A stretch of DNA of 36,881 nt from Elusimicrobiota bacterium (GTDB lineage Bacteria; Elusimicrobiota; Elusimicrobia; F11). Where the stretch lies: positions 1 through 36,881 of the forward strand of contig JBJXGI010000030.1 of NCBI GenBank assembly GCA_046153645.1, given 5' to 3'. Under the pieces are notes generated by a model. It had not been told where the DNA came from. It saw nothing but the letters and a program-made list of their open reading frames with translations, and ran no database searches. Made by a program: the position numbers and the translations under genes. Below are positions 19,446-29,003 of this stretch, piece after piece (the first letter of the stretch is position 1; the number at the start of each line of letters is the position of its first letter).

Positions 19446-19946
19446 TTAGATTTTCTCTTTAATGAATTTTCGAACAATGTTAGCAGGATAAATAACAAGA
19501 TTTGACCATTCTTTATTTGTTGGATCAAAAGCGGATGGAGCGATGAGTCCCTGATAACGATTTTCATATAGACTCTTGGCTATTTTATGAGTTGTAGAAT
19601 AAGCGCCCATTTTTGATTTATGTTGTGTAATTTCTTCAAGAGTGACCTTAAAGCGTTCTCGTATTTTTTGATCCCTTAAATCAACGATGGAATCTAAATC
19701 AATTTCATATTTTAAATATGTGATTGGTTCACCAACTCCGTCTATTTTTTCTTCGATCTCAACTTGAGATAAATCTTTTGCACTACTAAAGTATAAAGCT
19801 GAAAATAATTTTGGAATTGAGTATCGGGTTGAATGATTGAAACCAGGCCCTGAATCTAACGCCGTTGAAACAAAACACTCAGGAAGTCCCCCCCAAAAAA
19901 AACCATGAATTCGTTCTGTCTTGATCTCAAGAAAATGACGGGACAT
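19446..19946 (-). CDS. RES-domain protein (NAD+ phosphorylase toxin family)
   Basis: TRYS..FSALYFS....SQVE, IVDLRD, YQGLIAPSA, NLVIYP. Confidence 0.8.
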   Translation of the reverse strand: MSRHFLEIKTERIHGFFWGGLPECFVSTALDSGPGFNHSTRYSIPKLFSALYFSSAKDLSQVEIEEKIDGVGEPITYLKYEIDLDSIVDLRDQKIRERFKVTLEEITQHKSKMGAYSTTHKIAKSLYENRYQGLIAPSAFDPTNKEWSNLVIYPANIVRKFIKEKI

Positions 19947-19987
19947 TAATCAAGGTTGCCAAAGGGTTATACAAGGAAGTTTTCCCA

Positions 19988-21295
19988 TTAATCACAGGGC
20001 TGGCCACCTGCCTCGAAAATATGCCCTTCTCTTAAAATGCCTGATTTCTCTACCTTTATTTCATGGGTAGAGCCTCCGGCGGGGCAACAAATTCCAGAAA
20101 AATTAATAAAAATAAGTTTTGGATCGGAATTCTTTTGGAAAGAAATTAACCAAGGATTCTTAATCTTCGTATCACTTCCTAAAAATTTCCAAGATGTCGC
20201 TTTTCTCTTTTCAGAAAATCCATCCCAAAGAGCTCGAAAATAGGTTTGGTAGATGGGCCAATCATTTTCCTGCATTTCGCCTTGCGAAATAACTTCAATG
20301 AGAAACTTACCCTTCAGATCACCTTCGGGCGTAAAAGTTGAACAAGTTTGTTCTAGTTGCACCTCATAATTTTTTGAAAATTTTGGGATTGGTTGACAAG
20401 CAGACTTGGTGGATTCGCTTTTAAACAAAGCAGTCACTTTCTCACTACCATTTGTTTTCCAAATAACACCAAATCTGTCATTTTCATTCCACGAGTCGAT
20501 TTTAATACCAACATAATTACCCTGGCATTCTCCTTGAACACATGAAATAGAAGACAATGTCGCATTTTCGACTTTTACTCCATCTTGAGTGAAGCCTGAA
20601 ACCTTGGCCCCCGGTTTTAATCCGGGAATAATTTGATCAAAATTTGGATCCCAACTTATTTCTGTATCAGGAGAACAATTCTTGGGCAGGATAAGATACC
20701 CATTCTGCACAGGAAAAAATAAAGATTCAGATTTCATCTGAGCTAACGCCTTTTCAAGATAAACAACAACTTCTTCTTGGTTATTTTCGCGCGCTATAGC
20801 AAGCGCCGTTTTTCCATCAGCGCCACGATTTTCTCGTCTGAGTAAATCTGCTCCGGACTCTACTAGAATCCTCACTATATTAATATTTCCCATTTTAGCG
20901 GCTATATGAAGTGGGGTTGCTCCGTCATAATTAGAAACATTGAGTTCTGCGCCATAGGTCAATAACACTTTAACCATATCAATATTATTTTTTTCGCAAG
21001 CTTTGATAATGGGAAGATCTATATAACCTGGATGAATGTTCGGGTCAACTCCTCGACCAAGCAAGAGACTAACAATTTCCTTATGGCCCCAAAAAACAGC
21101 GTAACTAATGGAGCCATTATTGTTTCCTTTCCCCATTAAAATTAATTTTTTGGCTTCTGCTATATTTCCATTAACAATTAACTGAATGACATTATTATCA
21201 TCGTTAGACTCAGACTGAGCAGACTGTTGCGCAATACCAATACTCTCAGAGAATAATAATGTTAATACCAAAAAAACTTTCTTAAATTTATTCAA
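19988..21295 (-). CDS. Exported ankyrin-repeat protein with a Cys-containing C-terminal domain
   Basis: Signal peptide; GATPLHIAAKMGNINIVRILVESGAD and GKTALAIA ankyrin repeats; unrecognised C-terminal half with multiple Cys. Confidence 0.85.
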   Translation of the reverse strand: MNKFKKVFLVLTLLFSESIGIAQQSAQSESNDDNNVIQLIVNGNIAEAKKLILMGKGNNNGSISYAVFWGHKEIVSLLLGRGVDPNIHPGYIDLPIIKACEKNNIDMVKVLLTYGAELNVSNYDGATPLHIAAKMGNINIVRILVESGADLLRRENRGADGKTALAIARENNQEEVVVYLEKALAQMKSESLFFPVQNGYLILPKNCSPDTEISWDPNFDQIIPGLKPGAKVSGFTQDGVKVENATLSSISCVQGECQGNYVGIKIDSWNENDRFGVIWKTNGSEKVTALFKSESTKSACQPIPKFSKNYEVQLEQTCSTFTPEGDLKGKFLIEVISQGEMQENDWPIYQTYFRALWDGFSEKRKATSWKFLGSDTKIKNPWLISFQKNSDPKLIFINFSGICCPAGGSTHEIKVEKSGILREGHIFEAGGQPCD

Positions 21296-21332
21296 TTGAT
21301 TCTTCTCATCGAATTTAAATATTAAGAGGCGT

Positions 21333-24300
21333 TTAACTCTGCAAATGAAATGGGTCGGCGCCTAAAGTTCCGATTAGTTTTTTTAGGTATTCGGGTGTGG
21401 AAACCAACTCGAGGTTTTTCTTGGCTTTTTCTAAGAAAATGGGAGAAACGTTATTTTTTTCTAAATAGGCAATTCGATTGGTAAATAAATTTTTATCTCG
21501 GCTTTGTTTTGTTGCCAGTCTTTCTTTATACCAAGCGCTGTTCATAACAACATTTCGGTCAAATAGTTTTTGGACTTCAGAATCTTGGGCCGTTTTCCCT
21601 TCAAAGTGACCATGAACCATGATATGCAAAAGCGCTTTTAAAGGAGGAATGGCGGCGTTAACACTTCCATCTTGAAAATAATTTTCAGCCACTCGTTTTT
21701 GAGTGGCCACAATTTCCTCAATCCCTTCAGCAAATTGCTGCGCATCTTGAACTTCAGGCTTTAACATTTCCTCGGGGAATACAGCGTGCGGAGTTTCAAA
21801 AAGACGCCCTAAAAAACGATCAACAAATTTTTTGGTGATACGATAACCCAAACGACTGGCCAATATCTTCTTACCTTGAAAATCGTAATCTTCACATTTT
21901 TCTAACAACCCATTTACCAATAACCATTTAGGATCACGCTCAGAAACTTTCATTCGGCACCAAATCTCAGGAATGAGCATGCTGACATCATGGTCTACTT
22001 GGATATGAGGGCCAATGTGCCCGGCCGCTGATGAAAAACCGGAATACCCTGTAAGGATAAAAGAGAGTAAAGCGTTATTTAAATCCACAACCGGCCACAA
22101 AGCATTAAAAGGCCCTTTTGTGAGAGCCCCTTCGGAACCAAATCCAGTGGTTGAAGGAGATTTTCCTGTAAGACTCGCAATAAAATCCATAAACAGTTCA
22201 GGCAATTCTTGAAAGTGAATCGGATTAAAAACAGCCAAAGCCGGAAGTCCAATTGAATGATCAGGTGGATTATTTCTCCGACCCGGCAACACCGCATGAA
22301 CAGGAAAATAAATAGGTTCTGGCACAGGAGCGTTAAAGGCCAGGCGCGCTCCTACAGAAGCCAGATAAGTATTAGAAGCGTTTACTTGATCAGGTCTTTT
22401 TTGTAAGTAGCGCGGATTCTTTGACGGCTTTCCATTAACCATTCTCGGGTGCGCAGAGGAAACCACAAAATCATTAATGGGATCAGCAATAAAACCTTGC
22501 AAGAGTGACTTCATAGACGAAGTATAAAGATCGAAATCAATGATGTTATCAACCAGATCCTTAACATCGCTTTTGTTTAAAGGTTGCCAATTAGATAAAA
22601 AAGTATGGGGTTCGGCTAAATCAGCCTCGGCCTGTTTATCGTAACCTCGATAAATCGCATCATCAGGCCGTTGAAATAAAAATGATTCGCAATTGGCAAC
22701 TAACTTAAAGCTCTCATTTTTATATCCAGGATCTATAAATTGAATGGCCTCTCTAGGAACAACAATAGAAGCCGTAATGTCATCTTCTACCTGAACTTTA
22801 TTAGCGGGATTAAAATCGACTCGAACTTTAAAAATTCTCCAGGAGCCATCACGGTCGTGCCCCACTCTTAAATAATGCGCCACCAATTTTTGGCCATCAT
22901 GACGTAATTCATGACCGGGAAAACCATTTACACGATCAACACTAAAATGTTCTCTCCAATTCTCACCCCATTCTGGCCGGTAATATCTTTTAACAGCAAA
23001 AACCAATTGTCGAACGGTTGCTGACATAGATCTCAGCCATTGATTATACTCATCAGTATAATCATCTGACGGAATCAAAAGTTTAATCACTGATCCCAAG
23101 GATCTATCTAAACTTAAAATGGATCGATTTTTATGATGGAGTGGCGTTATCTTAAAAATATTTGAAAAATCTTTATTGATGATTTTTTCAACTTCCTCAA
23201 AATCATGATGAAAGTCCCGCACAAACACCGGGCCTGCTAACATAGAATAAGCAATAGATTTAGAAATCTCTGATTTTCCACCACCAGAAACAGTACAAGG
23301 TTTATGGCAAAGCGTTCCTTCTGCGGCGGTTCCAACTAAACGCCAAGAGGGTCCGCCAATTTGCCTTTCCATGTGAACTTTGTACCCAGAAGGCAAAACA
23401 TAGGTTATTCCCGCCAATAATTTAATTTTTGATGCTGTTCCATTGTTGTCCCAGGAAATGGATTGATTTTTAACATCAAAATGAGCATTTTCAGGAACAT
23501 ACCAAATATCAGAAAATTGACGATCTACCGCATACCCTTCAGGCTTTATATCAATCGTACGAGAAAGTAATTTGCAGATGGTTTGAAAAGTATTTTTACT
23601 CTGGCCCACAATGGAAGAGTCTGGCGTAAAATCAATACCCAATATATAACTGGGAAATGCAATGGCGCCTCCCGCATGTTCTTCTTCAACCAAACCAAAC
23701 AAGTTGGCTGAATAACTAATTTGAGTTTTCACTTCTTTTTTACAATAGCCAAAATAATTATCCGCAATAATAGTGACCATGACGCCATTTCTATCTCGAC
23801 ATGTCACTTTAAATGCGTTTCCATTATTATAAAGCTCTGATTCTTTTTCCCAACACATCCCATCTCTTTTTTGTCTCGCAGAGGCTTTAGAGATCGGAGA
23901 AAGTCCCAACTCTTTTTTGGTCAGTTTAATAAGATGGGGCGCTAAAATGACACAACCGGTATGCCCTGTCCACCCATCAATATCAAGAGCGGCGTCATTT
24001 TCTGATAAATAAGGGTCTCCGGCATTTCCAAAAATGGTTTCAACAAAATCCAAGTTACTAACCAATCCACCTGGGACCAAAAACCTGATTTCCATTGATT
24101 TTCGAGAAATAAAATCGCCCACTTTTGGGCAGACCAAAGGACGCATCATCAACGAAATAAATGACTCCACAGGAACCGAGTCATCAATAGTAAAAGGGAT
24201 TTTGAGTAAATCTTTAGGAGCACAAAGAGCGGCCTGCAAAAGAGCTGCGAACACTTCTTTTGGAACCGCCACTTTATCTTCCGGAATAGACAACCCCCCT

Positions 24301-24680
24301 TCAGTGATGTGAAAAACACCCTGAGTGGTTCTGCGATCACTTTTGGGATTATGCAAAACACCTTGCCCGACTCGATAAGAATCCACAATATCAGAATGGA
24401 AACTATTCCTTTTTGATGGTAAAGAAAGAATTCTGGCCATACCTGGTTTGTCTAGAACAAAACTACCAGGAAATTTTATTTTGGGAATGGGATTTAAATC
24501 GTTTAAATAATTTTTAAGAAAATTTTCGATTCGACTTTCAATAGGAGAGGAATTTTCTTTTCGATTTGATGATAAAAAAAAATTCAGCTGCATACGAACA
24601 GACTCAACCAATTGACCATCCTGAGAAGGATGTAACAATGGTTGCTGAGATAATGAGTTTGATTTTTCTAAAGTATCCAT
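21333..24680 (-). CDS. Pyrophosphate-dependent phosphoenolpyruvate carboxykinase (PPi-PEPCK)
   Basis: About 1100 aa; GVLHNPKSDRRTTQGVFHI, DNYFGYCKKEVKTQIS, EEEHAGGA, CHKPCTVSGGGKSEISK, GKSPSTTGFGSEGALTKGPFN. Confidence 0.88.
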   Translation of the reverse strand: MDTLEKSNSLSQQPLLHPSQDGQLVESVRMQLNFFLSSNRKENSSPIESRIENFLKNYLNDLNPIPKIKFPGSFVLDKPGMARILSLPSKRNSFHSDIVDSYRVGQGVLHNPKSDRRTTQGVFHITEGGLSIPEDKVAVPKEVFAALLQAALCAPKDLLKIPFTIDDSVPVESFISLMMRPLVCPKVGDFISRKSMEIRFLVPGGLVSNLDFVETIFGNAGDPYLSENDAALDIDGWTGHTGCVILAPHLIKLTKKELGLSPISKASARQKRDGMCWEKESELYNNGNAFKVTCRDRNGVMVTIIADNYFGYCKKEVKTQISYSANLFGLVEEEHAGGAIAFPSYILGIDFTPDSSIVGQSKNTFQTICKLLSRTIDIKPEGYAVDRQFSDIWYVPENAHFDVKNQSISWDNNGTASKIKLLAGITYVLPSGYKVHMERQIGGPSWRLVGTAAEGTLCHKPCTVSGGGKSEISKSIAYSMLAGPVFVRDFHHDFEEVEKIINKDFSNIFKITPLHHKNRSILSLDRSLGSVIKLLIPSDDYTDEYNQWLRSMSATVRQLVFAVKRYYRPEWGENWREHFSVDRVNGFPGHELRHDGQKLVAHYLRVGHDRDGSWRIFKVRVDFNPANKVQVEDDITASIVVPREAIQFIDPGYKNESFKLVANCESFLFQRPDDAIYRGYDKQAEADLAEPHTFLSNWQPLNKSDVKDLVDNIIDFDLYTSSMKSLLQGFIADPINDFVVSSAHPRMVNGKPSKNPRYLQKRPDQVNASNTYLASVGARLAFNAPVPEPIYFPVHAVLPGRRNNPPDHSIGLPALAVFNPIHFQELPELFMDFIASLTGKSPSTTGFGSEGALTKGPFNALWPVVDLNNALLSFILTGYSGFSSAAGHIGPHIQVDHDVSMLIPEIWCRMKVSERDPKWLLVNGLLEKCEDYDFQGKKILASRLGYRITKKFVDRFLGRLFETPHAVFPEEMLKPEVQDAQQFAEGIEEIVATQKRVAENYFQDGSVNAAIPPLKALLHIMVHGHFEGKTAQDSEVQKLFDRNVVMNSAWYKERLATKQSRDKNLFTNRIAYLEKNNVSPIFLEKAKKNLELVSTPEYLKKLIGTLGADPFHLQS

Positions 24681-24756
24681 ATTATTTTTTCAAACTCTGC
24701 AGGCGACGTTGCTTGTCAGGTAAGATGGTTCATTATATATAAAAAATAATTTTTAA

Positions 24757-25224
24757 CTATTTCTTCTGGGCTTTATTTTCTAATTTTTCACTGCGGTTTT
24801 GTCGTCGTTCCCCACGTTCTTGCATTCGTTCCCCTTGCTCCTGCATTCGTTCACCACGACGTTCCATCATCTCTCCACGCTTTTCCATCATTTCAGCTTT
24901 TTTTCCAACCGTATCTTCAGCTTCTTCTTGAAGAGCTTCTCCTTTTTGTTCGAGGTTTTCACCGCGCTCTTCTCTTTGCTCTCCTCTTTCTTGCATTTTT
25001 TCGCCCTGATTTTCCATCCGCTTGGCTTTACGCTCCATCATCTCTTTACGTTTTTCTTTCATCTCTTCTCTTTTCTCAGCGCGTTGTTCCATTCGCTCTT
25101 TTCGCATCTCTTGCCTTTTTTCCATTCTTTCTTTTGGAGATATGGGCTTATCTTCAGCTTTTATATAACTGATGGTCGAGAAAAGAATAAGGGAGAGCAA
25201 TATAAGTTTATGGCGGACTATCAT
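24757..25224 (-). CDS. Exported coiled-coil protein rich in E/R/K/M, with 7-aa repeats
   Basis: Signal peptide; repeats GEKMQER/GEQREER/GEMMERR/GERMQEQ/GERMQER; SD GGAGG upstream. Confidence 0.8.
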   Translation of the reverse strand: MIVRHKLILLSLILFSTISYIKAEDKPISPKERMEKRQEMRKERMEQRAEKREEMKEKRKEMMERKAKRMENQGEKMQERGEQREERGENLEQKGEALQEEAEDTVGKKAEMMEKRGEMMERRGERMQEQGERMQERGERRQNRSEKLENKAQKK

Positions 25225-25307
25225 GATTTTTCCTCCAGAAAGAGATTTTTTAACTAATGAATTATACTCCTGCTAATACCCATTCACAATATGACTTTGG
25301 TCAAAGC

Positions 25308-25706
25308 TTAAGGTCTCAAAAAAAGTGGGAATTGCCCCTCTAATTGCTCTGCAAAACCATATCGTTTAAACAAAGAAGGGCGATCTGTAATAACCAAAAC
25401 TTCATAAATTTTTCTTTCGCGAGCGGATTCAATACATCGACGCACCAAAGCACTACCAATCCCATGATTTTGAAACTTTGGATGCACTGTTAAAGATCTG
25501 ACCTCTGCTAATTTTTTATTATAAACCTCGATTGAACAACAACCAACAAGCTTATTTTTAGATTCAGCGACAAAAAAACATCGAAGCGTGCGTTTCAGTT
25601 CGGCTTTAGATCTTAAAAGAATCTTGCCCTTTTTTGTGGCAATCACAATTAGCTGATAAATAGTGGCAATATCTGATTCTCTGGCTTTTCGAATGGATAA
25701 GATCAT
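25308..25706 (-). CDS. GNAT acetyltransferase, short N-acetylglutamate synthase (ArgA-like)
   Basis: IRKA..SDI..IYQLI...GKILLRS, FFVAE....LVGCC, LAEVRSLTV, GIGSALV. Confidence 0.75.
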   Translation of the reverse strand: MILSIRKARESDIATIYQLIVIATKKGKILLRSKAELKRTLRCFFVAESKNKLVGCCSIEVYNKKLAEVRSLTVHPKFQNHGIGSALVRRCIESARERKIYEVLVITDRPSLFKRYGFAEQLEGQFPLFLRP

Positions 25707-25844
25707 AAAGTTATTTTAGTTTAGATAAGGTTCTTTGGGAAATCAAATGGGAACCTTTTTCAATAAAAATGCTTAAGTAGGACTGAATCCATTATAATGC
25801 GTATACTTACAAAACAAAGATAATAATGATGAGGAGGAAAATAA

Positions 25845-26513
25845 ATGAATCAAATGTTTAAGAAAATGGCTTTTTTTTCAATGGGAGCTTTTTTGGGTTT
25901 TTCAGTTATTACCAGTCCAGTCTCTGCGGAAAAAAAGATGGAGAAAATGAAAACGGCAGTTAAAATGGCACAAACCGGTATGATTGCTTCTGTCGATGTC
26001 AAAACCAGCTCAGTAAAGTGGCTGGGTAAAAAAGTGGTTGGCACTCATAATGGCACCATTGGAATCAAAGAAGGGTCACTGAACCTTGAAAAAGGCCAAA
26101 TTGTTGGCGGATCTTTTACAATCGATATGACTTCGATTGCCTGCGAAGATTTAAAAGATGCGGAATACAACGGCAAACTAGTTGGGCATCTTAAAAGCGC
26201 CGATTTTTTTAGCGTTGACAAATTCCCCATGGCTGATTTTAAAATTAAAAGTGTAACCCCCAAAATTTCTGCTAATAACAATGTTGAAATTATGGGAGAT
26301 CTAACGATTAAAGGTATAACCAAACCTCTCACTTTTCCTGCCTCTGTATCCATTGAAGGGAAGTCTGTTAAAGCCAAAGCCACCGCGATTGCTGTGGATC
26401 GAACGGCTTATGACATCAAATACGGCTCCGGGAAATTCTTCCAAAACCTAGGAGACAAAATGATTGATGATCAGTTCTGGCTCGACATTGAGATAATGGC
26501 TGGCGTAAAATAA
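25845..26513 (+). CDS. YceI-family lipid/polyisoprenoid-binding protein
   Basis: SSVKWLGKK..HNG, FTIDMTSI, HLKSADFF.V.KFP.A.F, GDLTIKGITK, DRT.YDI; SD GAGGAGG. Confidence 0.92.
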   Translation: MNQMFKKMAFFSMGAFLGFSVITSPVSAEKKMEKMKTAVKMAQTGMIASVDVKTSSVKWLGKKVVGTHNGTIGIKEGSLNLEKGQIVGGSFTIDMTSIACEDLKDAEYNGKLVGHLKSADFFSVDKFPMADFKIKSVTPKISANNNVEIMGDLTIKGITKPLTFPASVSIEGKSVKAKATAIAVDRTAYDIKYGSGKFFQNLGDKMIDDQFWLDIEIMAGVK

Positions 26514-26550
26514 TTAGATTTCCGATAGAAAATTTCGGAAATGACACTTA

Positions 26551-26586
26551 AAAACCCCTGAGAGATTTATCTTTCAGGGGTTTTTC
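26551..26586. terminator. Intrinsic terminator (bidirectional form)
   Basis: AAAACCCCTGAGAGAT-TT-ATCTTTCAGGGGTTTTT. Confidence 0.82.
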
Positions 26587-26603
26587 TTTGCTATAACAAC
26601 TTT

Positions 26604-27356
26604 ATGAATAAAAAAATAAAAATGATGACAACACTCACTTTAGCTTTCTTTTTTTTGTCTCCCTTTCTTTTTGCGGATGACTCTTCAAAGGAGTTATTAG
26701 AACAAGTTGACCAAATTTATCGTTCAAGAACAGTGAGTACTGGAGCGGCTGAAACATTACCTCTGTTAGAAAAAATAATACTGCAAGACTCTCATCATCT
26801 AGAAGCAAATTGGAGAAAAGCGCGCAGTCTCTATTGGATTGCTGATCATGCCACGAATAAAAAAGAAAAACTTCGCTTTTTTGAAGAAGGAATTTCTATC
26901 TGTGAAGCGCTCATCCAAAAATATCCCAACTCTAGCGACGCTCATTTCTGGCTTTCGGCTCATTATGGGTCTTACGGGGAGAATAAAGGGATCATGAAAA
27001 GTTTAGCTCTCTTAAAACCCATTAAACGAGAATTAAATGAAATCATTCGGATCGACGACCATTTTCAAGGAGGCGCTGGTTATCGGATTTTAGGCATTGT
27101 TGATTACAAAGTTCCTGGAATAGCGGGTGGGAATAAAAAACGTGCCAAAGAATATTTAGATAAAGCGATGGCCATCGACCCAGAACATGCTTTTAACAAC
27201 TATTACATGGCCGAATACTTTTTCGTTGTGGGGCCGAAAAAAGAAGCAAAACCTTATATTGAAAAGTTATTACAACTAACCCCTACAGCAGATGTTGACT
27301 TGCCCGACCTTTTAGATTTGCAAAAAAAAGGAAAAAAGTTATTAGAGAAGTATTAA
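26604..27356 (+). CDS. Exported TPR-like protein (TatT/RMDN-like)
   Basis: Signal peptide; ANWRKARSLYW, DAHFW, GGAGYRILG..YKVPGIAGG. Confidence 0.75.
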   Translation: MNKKIKMMTTLTLAFFFLSPFLFADDSSKELLEQVDQIYRSRTVSTGAAETLPLLEKIILQDSHHLEANWRKARSLYWIADHATNKKEKLRFFEEGISICEALIQKYPNSSDAHFWLSAHYGSYGENKGIMKSLALLKPIKRELNEIIRIDDHFQGGAGYRILGIVDYKVPGIAGGNKKRAKEYLDKAMAIDPEHAFNNYYMAEYFFVVGPKKEAKPYIEKLLQLTPTADVDLPDLLDLQKKGKKLLEKY

Positions 27357-27360
27357 AAAA

Positions 27361-28365
27361 TTAGGCTGGAAAACTTCGAATTAACTTAACACTCCTTTTT
27401 CCCGGTTGCAATTGACACTGCTTAAGACAAGCAGGAATAAGAACAGATTGAAACGAAGGAACAACTAAACTCTTCTTCTCCCCCCAAGAAATTTTTAAAT
27501 CCCCTGCAATGACTGTTAATACTGAAAACTGACCCTTTTTATTAAGATTCACCATTTTTGAACGATCCAAAACAACTTCCGAAAACCCATACCCGGCTTT
27601 TGGAGACTCAAAATAGATTTTTTCAAACGGTTCTTTGGTGATTCCTTCTAAACGAAAATCGCTCACAAATCTTTGCGAAGTTGCTAGCACGGCTTTTCCT
27701 TTTTCAAGATGAAGTTCACGCAATTTTGGTTTTTCATTTACGGGGAAATGTGCCGAACGATTCCAATCCCATAACCGATAAGTGATGTCACTGGATTGTT
27801 GAATTTCAACCAAACGCATTCCCGCACCAATCGCGTGCAAACTCCCCGGATTTAGGTGATAAACATCCCCAGACTTTGGAAAAACATGGGAAGAATGTTT
27901 TAAAATTTTTCTCGCCCACTCATCCCGCTTCTTTTCTTGATGAATGACTCCCTGATTATTGGCATTCGCAATTAAATTAAAAAATTCTTTTTTATTTTTA
28001 GGGTCAGAGTGAAACCCCATAAACAACCCACCCCATTTCTTTCCAGGCCGGGCTTTTAAAATATACCAGCTTTCTGTTTTCCCATTTTGTTTTTCGTAGC
28101 GACGCGCATAACTTTGATCTGGATGTACTTGTACAGAGAGCGGTTTTTTAGAGTCAATAATCTTAACGAGGAAAAAATTTCGAACTGTGCCAAACAACTC
28201 TTTTTTGAGCACTGGTGGCAATTGATTTAAAAAGTATTTCCTTCCCTCAATTTTTACAAAAGAAGGACATTTAGGATGGACAGAAAACTCCCATGATTCC
28301 CAACCCCAAAGATTCCGGGTTAGATGATCATGGTGCAAAAGAAGTGGAGGCAATTGTTTTTTCAT
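27361..28365 (-). CDS. manA: Mannose-6-phosphate isomerase, class I
   Basis: LVKIID...LSVQVHPD, GKTESWYIL, PGSLHAIG, EIQQSSDITYRL.DW, RELH. Confidence 0.9.
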   Translation of the reverse strand: MKKQLPPLLLHHDHLTRNLWGWESWEFSVHPKCPSFVKIEGRKYFLNQLPPVLKKELFGTVRNFFLVKIIDSKKPLSVQVHPDQSYARRYEKQNGKTESWYILKARPGKKWGGLFMGFHSDPKNKKEFFNLIANANNQGVIHQEKKRDEWARKILKHSSHVFPKSGDVYHLNPGSLHAIGAGMRLVEIQQSSDITYRLWDWNRSAHFPVNEKPKLRELHLEKGKAVLATSQRFVSDFRLEGITKEPFEKIYFESPKAGYGFSEVVLDRSKMVNLNKKGQFSVLTVIAGDLKISWGEKKSLVVPSFQSVLIPACLKQCQLQPGKRSVKLIRSFPA

Positions 28366-28382
28366 TTTCTAGAATAAGATCT

Positions 28383-29003
28383 ATGTATTCCTTTAAAAAG
28401 TTCAGGTTATTCTTTTTTGTTGTATTTTCATGCGCCCTATTTCAAAGCTGTAAAAAAGATTTTTCTGTTTTGTTTGAAAAAGCCAAAACCACCTACGCTA
28501 AAAAAGATTATATTGAAACCATCGACACATTAAACCAATCTTTAAGCGTGTGGAATGAATCACACGGTCAAGAAGTTCGCGCCCAAACCTATCAAATGCT
28601 GGGAAATACTTATGAACAACTTCGCAACGTCGATAAAGCCATTGAAGCCTATGAAGCGGCCATCAAACTGTCCAATACAACTTCAACCTCAGCTTTAGCG
28701 CTGGGAATGATTTACCAAGGAAAAAGCCAGCCGCAACTTTCTATTCCTTACTTCAAAAAAGCCATCCAAATGGATCCACAAAACTCATTGGCTTATCTTG
28801 GCCTTGGCAACTCTTATTTTAGCTTAAGACAATATCAAGAATCGAAAGCGGCTTTCCAAAAAACGATTGATGTGGCCCCTGGGGCCAAAGAAGCATTAGA
28901 AGCGTTGGAAATCCTCAAAAATCAAAACAATAAAAACCAAACGACGCTACAAATCAAGAGGCCGAAGACAAAGAAGCGATCAAACCTGGAATTTCGTCAT
29001 TAA
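28383..29003 (+). CDS. TPR lipoprotein
   Basis: Start reassigned to ATG 28383 (MYSFKKF..LFQS-C lipobox), which removes the overlap with manA; tandem TPRs. Confidence 0.82.
   Translation: MYSFKKFRLFFFVVFSCALFQSCKKDFSVLFEKAKTTYAKKDYIETIDTLNQSLSVWNESHGQEVRAQTYQMLGNTYEQLRNVDKAIEAYEAAIKLSNTTSTSALALGMIYQGKSQPQLSIPYFKKAIQMDPQNSLAYLGLGNSYFSLRQYQESKAAFQKTIDVAPGAKEALEALEILKNQNNKNQTTLQIKRPKTKKRSNLEFRH

Noticed and set aside
24799..25257. 152-aa Phe/Ser/Leu-rich plus-strand ORF
   Set aside because: Antisense of the E/K/R repeat gene, which has the SD and signal peptide
28293..28382. N-terminal extension of the TPR gene given in the ORF track
   Set aside because: Overlaps the divergent manA start; the lipoprotein signal begins at ATG 28383
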